This document shows positions 1 through 7,190 of a stretch of DNA of 32,000 nucleotides, piece by piece. The notes under the pieces were generated by a model. That model searched no databases. It saw only the letters and a list, made by a program, of their open reading frames with translations, and was not told the origin of the DNA. Every line of letters begins with the position of its first letter. Within the stretch, counting starts at the first letter, position 1. This DNA comes from Pyrobaculum calidifontis JCM 11548 (GTDB lineage: Archaea; Thermoproteota; Thermoprotei; Thermoproteales; Thermoproteaceae): NCBI RefSeq assembly GCF_000015805.1, contig NC_009073.1, positions 1,530,001 to 1,562,000 of the forward strand. Direction: 5' to 3'. Both the position numbers and the translations under genes were made by a program.

Positions 1-711
1 TCTCTCCAGTTCTATCTTCAGCTCCCTCTTGGGGGGCTCTGCCGCCTCGTAAACTCTGCCGCTACGCATGTATATGAGCCTTGTGGCTATGCGCGCCACC
101 TCTGCGTCATGTGTCGCAATAAAAACGGTCGTCTTAAAGATCCGGTTCACGGCGGCTATAAGGGCTAGGAGGTTTGAGGCGTTGTCGGCGTCTAAGTTTG
201 AGGTTGGCTCGTCGAGGACGAGGATGGGGGGATTATTCGCGAGAGCCCGCGCCACCGCGGCGCGTTGTTGCATGCCGCTGGACATCTGCTGTGGGTAAAG
301 CCCAGCGGCCTTCTCCAACCCCACTAGCTCGAGAAGCACCCTGGCCTTCAGCAGGGCCAGCTCCTTCTTCACGCCCAGGGCAATTAGGGGGAGGGCCACG
401 TTCTGCTCCGCGGTTAAATAGGGCACGAGGTTGTAGCTCTGGAAGAGGTAGCCTATGTTCCGGAGGCGGAACTTCTCCAGCTTCTTCTCTGGCATGTTGA
501 CAACATCTACGCCCAACACGTACACCTCGCCGCTCGTTGGTCTATCAAGCGTCGCCACTATGTTCAACAACGTGGTCTTCCCCGAGCCCGAGGGACCCAT
601 CAACACCACAGACTCCCCCGGGGCCACTACAAGCGAGACTTCTTCTAAGGCCACGGTTCTCACAGCGCCGTTCCCATACACCTTGCTCACCCTCCTAAGC
701 TCTACCGCCAT
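1..711 (-). CDS. ABC transporter ATP-binding protein (MacB/LolD-like); C-terminal end runs off the left edge
   Basis: Absent from the ORF track because no stop codon is reached. My reverse-strand translation from ATG at 711 reads MAVELRRVSKVYGNGAVRTVALEEVSLVVAPGESVVLMGPSGSGKTTLLN... It has Walker A GPSGSGKT, an ABC signature variant SSGMQQR and Walker B ILVLDEPT. The frame stays open to position 1. The start overlaps the upstream permease stop by 10 nt. Confidence 0.9.
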   Translation of the reverse strand, partial: MAVELRRVSKVYGNGAVRTVALEEVSLVVAPGESVVLMGPSGSGKTTLLNIVATLDRPTSGEVYVLGVDVVNMPEKKLEKFRLRNIGYLFQSYNLVPYLTAEQNVALPLIALGVKKELALLKARVLLELVGLEKAAGLYPQQMSSGMQQRAAVARALANNPPILVLDEPTSNLDADNASNLLALIAAVNRIFKTTVFIATHDAEVARIATRLIYMRSGRVYEAAEPPKRELKIELER

Positions 712-1841
712 AGCTGAAGTATCTCAATAGGCCGCAACTTTGCCACTCTATACAGCGGCGAGGCGGCCCCCGCTAATGCTACTGCTAGAGAGGCTGACAG
801 GGCTAGGGCGATGTAGCGGAGCTTGAACTCTATGGGGACGTCGAAGTTGACGCCCATACCTATCAAAATTTGTTTGACAAGCGTGGCGCCGTAGAAGCCC
901 AGCGCCGCGCCGGCGATCCCGGCGGCCACGCTTAGCAACGCCACTTCCACAGCCACGGACACGACGATGTCGGAAGACGAAATGCCCACGGCCTTGAGCA
1001 AGCCGAATTCCCTAAGCCTCTCCCTGGCAGTGATAGACATGACGGCGAAGGTCGTCACGGCGGCTGTGGCAAGCGCCGCGGCGCTTATCACAGTGAAGAC
1101 GAAGTTCAAAGCGTTGAAGACCTGGGATACTGTATTCAACAGAGCCTCTTGGGTATACACCTGGGCATCTCGGAACGTCTCTTTCAGCGTCTTGTAAAAA
1201 GGCGTTACATACCCCTTGTCTCTGAGCGTTATCAAGACGGCGTTGACGAAGGGGCCAGCCCCCAGCTCTTCCTGAAGCCAGTCAAGGGGAACCACCACCA
1301 GATTTAGCCTAAAGGCGCCTATGAAGCCCCTTAAGAAGCTCCTCATAACACCCACCACCTTAACCGTGACTGTCCTCTCCCCGCCCAAGGCGCCTGAGTA
1401 CACCTTAATCGTGATAGTGTCGCCGGGCCGCGCGGCGAGTGACTCTTCTACAACGGCCTCGCCCCCCGAGGAGGGGAGTCTCCCCTCCTTTAAGTCAATG
1501 GCGAAGTAGTCGACGTCTCTAAGAGGTATCCCCACGATAGATACCACTTGCCCATTCACAACGCCGGTGGTAATTATGATCCCCTCTGCCCCACTTACGG
1601 CGGGGTTACGCTGGAGCAAGTCCACAAGCCGCTGTGGGATATTTATAGAGTCTGAATACATCATAATATCGGCTGGGTAGACTTTGTAAAGCGTCTGCTC
1701 CACGTAGGCCCTCGTGGCGTCGCTGACGGCGGTTAAGGCCACCAGCAACGCTACGCCGACGCCTATGGCGACTGCTGTCAACAAATATCGCAAGGCCCTC
1801 GACTTCAAGTCTCCTAAGGCGAGCATCAGTACGTGGTCCAC
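702..1841 (-). CDS. ABC transporter permease, FtsX/MacB-like
   Basis: The ORF track gives 702..1886. The N-terminus ...LALGDLKSRALRYLLTAVAIGVGVALLV, a large extracytoplasmic loop and a C-terminal 3-TM bundle are typical of the FtsX family. I prefer the in-frame GTG at 1841 (ATG at 1826 is also possible) because 1886 abuts the divergent gene with no room for a promoter. GTG 1841 lies about 24 nt from the TATA at 1861-1869. Confidence 0.8.
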   Translation of the reverse strand: MDHVLMLALGDLKSRALRYLLTAVAIGVGVALLVALTAVSDATRAYVEQTLYKVYPADIMMYSDSINIPQRLVDLLQRNPAVSGAEGIIITTGVVNGQVVSIVGIPLRDVDYFAIDLKEGRLPSSGGEAVVEESLAARPGDTITIKVYSGALGGERTVTVKVVGVMRSFLRGFIGAFRLNLVVVPLDWLQEELGAGPFVNAVLITLRDKGYVTPFYKTLKETFRDAQVYTQEALLNTVSQVFNALNFVFTVISAAALATAAVTTFAVMSITARERLREFGLLKAVGISSSDIVVSVAVEVALLSVAAGIAGAALGFYGATLVKQILIGMGVNFDVPIEFKLRYIALALSASLAVALAGAASPLYRVAKLRPIEILQLWR

Positions 1842-1860
1842 GGCCTCTACGCCGCATCCT

Positions 1861-1869
1861 TTTATATAC
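1861..1869. promoter_or_regulatory. Shared bidirectional TATA box (TTTTATATA) for the divergent ABC-permease and MMPL genes
   Basis: This is the only AT-rich element between the two divergent genes. It is centred about 22-24 nt from GTG 1887 (+) and from in-frame GTG 1841 (-), the usual spacing for leaderless crenarchaeal transcripts. Confidence 0.45.
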
Positions 1870-1886
1870 TTGTCTAATGCCCCCAC

Positions 1887-4499
1887 GTGAAGAGGACGGT
1901 GGCGGCCGCTGTAGCTCTCCTAATCTTGTACGTATACTTAGCGCTCCACTCGCCCAATGTATTTAGCGTGCTGGTATACGATGAGTCTAAGCTTACGCCT
2001 CCCGACGTAGAGCCAAAGCTAGTAGACTCCATAGTCAAGCAGAAGAACGGCAGCGGAGTGAACACCGTGCCGGTGGTCATATTCGGCCCCTTCCTTGAGG
2101 ACAAGGCGAGGAATTTGACAAAGCTGTTCCCTAATTCAACAACCCCGTGGACTATTTTAGATAAGGCACTGGACATCTACTGGCGACGCATAAAGGCCAC
2201 CGTTGAAAACGCCACTGTGGCGTTTAGAGACGTAGCCGTGGCCGTGGCAAACGCCACAGGAGAGACGTGTAGCGAATTGAAGAAGCTCGTGCAGGGGTAC
2301 ACAGAGGCGAGGGAGAGGGCTAGGGAGCTCCTCTTAGCCACATACGGAGTCGCGGCGCTGGGGAAAGCTGTGGACAACAAGACGGAGGAGTTCCTCAAGA
2401 AGTACAGGGAGTATGTGGCAGTCTACGACGTGGACGTGGCGGTGAGATTAGCAGCAGAGGAGGTCTACGGCGTCAACGCGTCGCGGCTCTTGGCAAATGT
2501 CACGTGGAGGACGTGGGCCTCTGAGGGCGCCGTGGAGAACGTGACAGAGGCCATTTTATCCACAGCCTTGAACAAAACGTTGATACAACTGGCGCGGGAA
2601 GTCGCAACTGTAGGCGTGGAGAAATACGTCTATGTATCCACAGTGAATAAGGCCCCGCCTGTTTTGCGCCCCTACCTGTCCTACCTCGTGTGTAACGGCG
2701 ATGTGGACCGCGCCGTCGAGCTCTTTAGAGCCGACTTGCTGAGGAATATAACGGCGCAGTATCCGCCCCCCACTTTGGACACGCAGAAGCTCGCGTCCCA
2801 GCTGGTGTACAGGGGGAAGTACGCGCTTGCCTTTGTCAAAGCCACTGAAGATAAGCCGGTTATACCCCTGGCGCTGGGCGTGCCTGTCTCTATGGCGTAC
2901 ATAATGGACAGCTTTAGAGAAATTGTGACACAAGACGTCTCCTCAATAGACAAAACCACCGCAACGTCTCTGCTTGTGGTACTTCTGGCGGTTATGGGGA
3001 CGCTTGCGGCCCCCCTCGTAATAGTGTCCACCGTTGGCCTCACGTACCTCGCCGTCTTGGGATTCCTAGAGCAGATAAGCAGCTTCCAAGGCATATACTA
3101 CCTCGTCGTCTACATGGCGGCCCCCGTGGTCTTCGCCATAGGAGTAGACTACATGCTCCTCATGACTAGCCGCTATGGGGAAGAGAGGGCTACTGGCAAA
3201 AGCAAGAGGGAGGCCATCGACGTCGTGGTTAAATACGCCAGGAGGGCCATAGCGGCTAGCGCCGCGGTGGTGGCCACATCGCTTGGCTCATTCGCCCTCT
3301 CCACTCTCCCATTTATGCAGTCCATAGGAATAGGCTATATAATCACCACGGCGTTTGTCGTAGCCTCCGTCTTCGTAGTTTTTCCCGCCATCTTGTATGT
3401 CCTGGGCGATAAGATCTTCTGGCCTAGGAAAAAGGTCGTTGGACACACAGGCAGGTCCAGGCTGATGGCCAAGGCGGTGGACCTCGCGTTGAGAAGGCCC
3501 CTCGCCGTAGCCGCCGTAGCGCTGGCCGCCACGCTAGTCTCCTTCATATTTCTAACAACGACTCTAAAGATCACAACCGACCCAGTTGTGGCAATGCCAG
3601 AGACGCAGCACAAGAAGGCCCTAGAGATTGCCACCAAATACTTTTCTAACATCACGGCGATTTCTACCACGTATGTAGTAATGAGGGAGCCTCCGCCGCC
3701 GCAAGTTCTGGCAACCGTGGAGGGGCTACCTCACTACGTTAACCATACTGTGGAAAAGATCGGCGATTGGTATGTAATCAATGTAAGGCTCTCTGTGGAA
3801 GACACATCTGACGAACTGTTGAAGGTGTATCAGCTCTTGAAGCCGCTTAAGGATCAATACGGCGCATTAATTGGCGGAGCCGCCTCTTGGAAGAACGTGG
3901 TATTCAACGAGATTTACGTCCGATTTTGGAACTTCCAAGTGTACGTGGTAATAGTGGCGGTTTTCGTAATACTCGCCGTGTTGTTGAAAAGCTTCCTAAT
4001 CCCCCTCCGGCTGATAGCCACAGTGCTTATGTCTATAGCGTGGAGCCTCGCGCTGGAGGTGCTCCTCTTCCAAGAACTCGCAGGACAGCCCACATACTGG
4101 CTCGTGCCCATAATCCTCTTCGCCTTTTTAATGGCCGTGGGGACAGACTACGACATTTTCATTATTGCGAGGATAAGAGAAGAGCTTGAGAAGGGGCTCG
4201 GCGAGAGGGAGGCGATAAAAAGGGCCATCGTCACCACAGGGCCCGTGATAACGGGCGCCGCCTTGATCTTGGCCACGGCCTTCTCCACCCTGCTCCTATC
4301 TCAGCTCACTCTGCTGAGGCAGGTGGGCTTCACCATAGCCTTCGCGGCGCTGGTAGACGCCTTCGTCATAAGGCCCCTCGTCGTGCCAGCCCTCATCGTG
4401 CTGGCGGGCAAGTACAACTGGCTGTGGGTCACGGGCTACAGCGTCAAAGTTATAAACCCAGAGCTCGGCGGAGGCCGTGGACCTAGTCCTCTTGATTAA
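1887..4499 (+). CDS. MMPL/RND-superfamily membrane exporter (two 6-TM bundles plus two large extracytoplasmic loops)
   Basis: 870-aa ORF. It has duplicated MMPL-type motifs GVDYMLLMTSRYGEE and GTDYDIFIIARIREE, each followed by a TM cluster. The large N-terminal loop is rich in N-x-S/T sequons. Confidence 0.8.
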   Translation: MKRTVAAAVALLILYVYLALHSPNVFSVLVYDESKLTPPDVEPKLVDSIVKQKNGSGVNTVPVVIFGPFLEDKARNLTKLFPNSTTPWTILDKALDIYWRRIKATVENATVAFRDVAVAVANATGETCSELKKLVQGYTEARERARELLLATYGVAALGKAVDNKTEEFLKKYREYVAVYDVDVAVRLAAEEVYGVNASRLLANVTWRTWASEGAVENVTEAILSTALNKTLIQLAREVATVGVEKYVYVSTVNKAPPVLRPYLSYLVCNGDVDRAVELFRADLLRNITAQYPPPTLDTQKLASQLVYRGKYALAFVKATEDKPVIPLALGVPVSMAYIMDSFREIVTQDVSSIDKTTATSLLVVLLAVMGTLAAPLVIVSTVGLTYLAVLGFLEQISSFQGIYYLVVYMAAPVVFAIGVDYMLLMTSRYGEERATGKSKREAIDVVVKYARRAIAASAAVVATSLGSFALSTLPFMQSIGIGYIITTAFVVASVFVVFPAILYVLGDKIFWPRKKVVGHTGRSRLMAKAVDLALRRPLAVAAVALAATLVSFIFLTTTLKITTDPVVAMPETQHKKALEIATKYFSNITAISTTYVVMREPPPPQVLATVEGLPHYVNHTVEKIGDWYVINVRLSVEDTSDELLKVYQLLKPLKDQYGALIGGAASWKNVVFNEIYVRFWNFQVYVVIVAVFVILAVLLKSFLIPLRLIATVLMSIAWSLALEVLLFQELAGQPTYWLVPIILFAFLMAVGTDYDIFIIARIREELEKGLGEREAIKRAIVTTGPVITGAALILATAFSTLLLSQLTLLRQVGFTIAFAALVDAFVIRPLVVPALIVLAGKYNWLWVTGYSVKVINPELGGGRGPSPLD

Positions 4500-4656
4500 G
4501 GAGCTGGGGGGAGAGGCCGACCTAGAGACAATAGCCGAGGCCGCGTGGAAGAGGGGCATACCGCCGCCAGTGGCGACGAGGAGGTTGATGAGACTAGTGG
4601 AGAAGGGGGTGGTGGAGGTGGTCTGCGACGTAGGCGTGCGGTACCGCGTTAGATGA
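4477..4656 (+). CDS. Small (59 aa) putative winged-helix DNA-binding protein; below the ORF-track size cutoff
   Basis: My translation from GTG 4477 is MDLVLLIKELGGEADLETIAEAAWKRGIPPPVATRRLMRLVEKGVVEVVCDVGVRYRVR*. The pattern resembles an HTH followed by a beta wing. The start lies inside the MMPL 3' end. The TGA stop overlaps the ATG of the next gene (ATGA at 4653-4656). Confidence 0.5.
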   Translation: MDLVLLIKELGGEADLETIAEAAWKRGIPPPVATRRLMRLVEKGVVEVVCDVGVRYRVR

Positions 4657-5258
4657 ACGTAATCACAAGCTTCTGGGGCCTCTTGGCACAGCCGGTGGAC
4701 TTCTGGGAGGAGCTAAAGGCTACGGTGGGCAACGACGGCGCCGTGGAGCAAGTGAGAGTCGTCGTGGAGGAGATCAGGGCCACCGGGGTGGAAGTGCCAC
4801 TACGGTCTGTAATAAGCGCAGTGGCACACATGGCGGGCTTGGAGGCAAGGGAGATGTGGAATAGGTATGTGGCCCAAGTGTCGGGCAAGATCAGGGAGAC
4901 ACCTTGCGCCGTGGAGTTTATCAAGTGGGCCTCCAGCGCGGGAAAAGTGGCGATACTCTCTAACACGCCCTGCAAATGCTTCATCACGGCCTTCTTAGAG
5001 GCCCACGGCTTGAGGGTGAACCTCGTGCTCACCTCAGACGTCTTGCTTAAGAGAAAGCCCCTCAAGTCGGTGTTTAAGTACGCGCTGAGGCGTCTGGGAG
5101 CCGAGGCGCGCGACACCGTGTACGTGGGCGACAGCGAGGAGGACCTAGGCGCAATGGCCCTGGGAATGTTGACCATAATCGTGGGCAAAGAGGGCGGACA
5201 CGTCAGCTTTAACGACCTCTGCCAGGCGAAGAGCTGGCTTGAGCAGATTTTTAAGTAG
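4653..5258 (+). CDS. HAD-superfamily hydrolase-like protein (subfamily IA-like) with a degenerate motif I
   Basis: Motif II VAILSNTP, motif III KRKP and motif IV VYVGDSEEDLGAMALGM are all present. The N-terminal VITSFWGLL occupies the position of hhhDxDGTL. An in-frame TAG sits immediately upstream of the ATG. Confidence 0.75.
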   Translation: MNVITSFWGLLAQPVDFWEELKATVGNDGAVEQVRVVVEEIRATGVEVPLRSVISAVAHMAGLEAREMWNRYVAQVSGKIRETPCAVEFIKWASSAGKVAILSNTPCKCFITAFLEAHGLRVNLVLTSDVLLKRKPLKSVFKYALRRLGAEARDTVYVGDSEEDLGAMALGMLTIIVGKEGGHVSFNDLCQAKSWLEQIFK

Positions 5259-5274
5259 AAACGAGAGACGGGCC

Positions 5275-5490
5275 GTGATCGTCTGCCCCAGATGCGGACT
5301 GCCGGAGTGGGAGGCGCTACCCCCGCCTCACACATATCGTCATAAGGGGCCAGAGAACACCATCATGATTGCACGCTGCAAAAACTGCGGCATTATCTTC
5401 TACATATTCAGAACGTCGCTGGAAACCTTTACCCTAGAGATTGAGAAGGCTGAGAGAAAGCACGGCACCATACCCCACATTAACCTGTGA
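5275..5490 (+). CDS. Small zinc-ribbon protein (CPRC...CKNC), function unknown
   Basis: The ORF track gives 5239..5490. I prefer the in-frame GTG at 5275, which lies downstream of the HAD stop, giving MIVCPRCGLPEW...ARCKNCGIIFY. Two CxxC pairs form a Zn-ribbon signature. The stop overlaps the next start (GTGA at 5487-5490). Confidence 0.5.
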   Translation: MIVCPRCGLPEWEALPPPHTYRHKGPENTIMIARCKNCGIIFYIFRTSLETFTLEIEKAERKHGTIPHINL

Positions 5491-6470
5491 CGGCGCTCTG
5501 CGACCGGTGTGGAAAAAGGCCGGCGCAGTATCTCAGGCAGGTAAGCGGAGAAAAACTATGTCTTAAGTGTCTCTTCGCGTCAATAGAAAATAAGGTAGTG
5601 GAGACAATCAGGAAAGAGTGGCTTATAGTCCCAGGCGACTATGTGGCAGTGGCGGTGTCCGGGGGGAAGGACTCCCTAGTACTGCTCTATATACTGGGGA
5701 AGTTGAGGGAGAGAGGTGCCTTGAGGGGAGTGAGGCTTGAGGCCTTTACAATAAACGAGGGGCATCCCTACAGTTGCTTCTATAGGATGTCTAGAAGGGA
5801 CTACGTGAGAGAGCTGGCGGAGAAATTCGGCGTTGAGTACAACGTGTACCACTTCAAGGACATTTTTGGCGTAACCGCGATGGAGCTCTCGGAGAGGTTG
5901 GCCAAGGCTGGGCACGAGGTACATATGTGTACAATAGACGGCGTGTTGAGGCGGAGGGCTATGAACATAATAGGGAAAAGGAGGGGCTGGACGAAGATAG
6001 CCACTGCCCACAACTTAGACGACGAGGCGCAGACCGTCATGTTAAACGTGTTGATGGGCAACTTGGGGCGGTTCGCCTGGTTTGGCCTCTACGAAGACGC
6101 AGAGGAGAAAGACCTCGTGCCTCGGATAAAGCCGCTGAAGTACATCAGAGAGGAGGAGATAGCCCTATACGCCTACTACCACGGCATCCCGCTTATGGAG
6201 CTAGAGTGCCCCTACGTAGTGGCCAACCCCAGGTACGACTTGAAATTTACTTTGGCCGGGCTTGAGAGAGAGATGCCGTCGGTCAAATACAACCTAGTCT
6301 CCTTCGGCGAGAGACTTGCAAAACTCCTCCGCGCCGCGCAGCCCGGCGCCGTGGTTAAGAGGTGTAAATACTGCGGCGCCCCCTCGGCCCGTGATGTTTG
6401 TAGGACTTGTGAACTGTTTGAAAAAGCGGGGCTCCTCGACGTCTATTTGGCAAAGGTGGCGCAGGGCTAG
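5487..6470 (+). CDS. PP-loop ATPase, TtuA/NcsA-family tRNA 2-thiolation protein
   Basis: PP-loop SGGKDS. There is an N-terminal CxxC...CxxC (CDRC..CLKC) and a C-terminal CKYC..CRTC zinc finger. The central C-T-I-D-GVLRRR and ECPY motifs correspond to the Fe-S ligand region of the TtcA/TtuA family. Confidence 0.8.
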   Translation: MTALCDRCGKRPAQYLRQVSGEKLCLKCLFASIENKVVETIRKEWLIVPGDYVAVAVSGGKDSLVLLYILGKLRERGALRGVRLEAFTINEGHPYSCFYRMSRRDYVRELAEKFGVEYNVYHFKDIFGVTAMELSERLAKAGHEVHMCTIDGVLRRRAMNIIGKRRGWTKIATAHNLDDEAQTVMLNVLMGNLGRFAWFGLYEDAEEKDLVPRIKPLKYIREEEIALYAYYHGIPLMELECPYVVANPRYDLKFTLAGLEREMPSVKYNLVSFGERLAKLLRAAQPGAVVKRCKYCGAPSARDVCRTCELFEKAGLLDVYLAKVAQG

Positions 6471-7120
6471 GCCTCAATTCTTATACACGCGCCTTCTTCC
6501 ACAATTCTGTACTGGACCCCCAGCTCCCTCAGCAACGCGTCGATGTACCTCCTAGCGACCGTCTGCGCCAAGTTGCACAACGTTGCCGTGAGTCTGCCGC
6601 CGGCCACCGTGGTCTCTTTCACGGCGGCTAAGCCCCTTAATTGTACAATGTACAAGGCCTCTTCAAGCGTCACGGCGTCTATGCTGGGGGCGAGCTCTCT
6701 CACGGTTTTTACATCTCTTTTCGCGATCTCTTCGGCAAGTCTTGAGACGTCGTGGAAGTACGGCACAAACTCCTTCTCCAGCGCCACGGCTGGACTTCCA
6801 TTTATGACGTGTGTAATCCACCTGGGCACAAAAATCTGCGCATTTGAAACCCTATACTTGACCCTTTTTACAAAGGCAAACATCTCCAGTTGCTTTAATA
6901 TTTCCCTAATCTGCTCCTCTGTCGCTGTGGATAAGTCGACTATGAAGTGGAGATTTCTACGGGGGCCGTCAATGGCTATGTTAACAATGTTTACATCGTG
7001 CTCGGCAAAGATGTTGGAAAGAGCAGACAAAATGCCGGGCTGGTCGAAGTTCAACTCGACGAGGAATTCACCCAGCCTGTTGCCTTGTCCAGCTATGAGA
7101 TAAATCTCACGGTTAAGCAT
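6467..7120 (-). CDS. ACT-domain-containing protein
   Basis: The ORF track gives 6467..7315, but that N-terminus overlaps valS and the promoter DNA. ATG at 7120 gives MLNREIYLIAGQGNRLGEFLVELNFDQPGILSALSNIFAEHDVNIVNIAID... This is an ACT-type ligand-binding fold pattern, followed by an uncharacterised C-terminal domain. Confidence 0.65.
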   Translation of the reverse strand: MLNREIYLIAGQGNRLGEFLVELNFDQPGILSALSNIFAEHDVNIVNIAIDGPRRNLHFIVDLSTATEEQIREILKQLEMFAFVKRVKYRVSNAQIFVPRWITHVINGSPAVALEKEFVPYFHDVSRLAEEIAKRDVKTVRELAPSIDAVTLEEALYIVQLRGLAAVKETTVAGGRLTATLCNLAQTVARRYIDALLRELGVQYRIVEEGACIRIEA

Positions 7121-7137
7121 CAGTGGGGAACCTGGGG

Positions 7138-7174
7138 CATATTTAAAACTTTGCAGTTTCAACAAATTAAAAAA
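7138..7174. promoter_or_regulatory. Divergent promoter region: TTTTAAATA (minus, ACT gene) and AAATTAAAAAA (plus, valS)
   Basis: Two AT-rich boxes lie in a 70-nt gap. The one at 7138-7149 is centred about 24 nt from ATG 7120 (-). The one at 7164-7174 is centred about 22 nt from GTG 7191 (+). Confidence 0.5.
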
Positions 7175-7190
7175 CTGTGAATATGCCGCC

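Noticed and set aside
4649-5335. 228-aa minus-strand ORF antisense to the HAD-like gene
   Set aside because: It has an S/T/A/P-rich composition and no motifs. The plus-strand frame has HAD motifs II-IV and is embedded in a chain of coupled plus-strand genes.
6543-7103. 186-aa plus-strand ORF antisense to the ACT-domain gene, and similar shadow ORFs at 16674-17111, 22395-22799, 22950-23390 and 28930-29490
   Set aside because: All lie entirely inside better-supported genes on the opposite strand and have biased, motif-free sequences.
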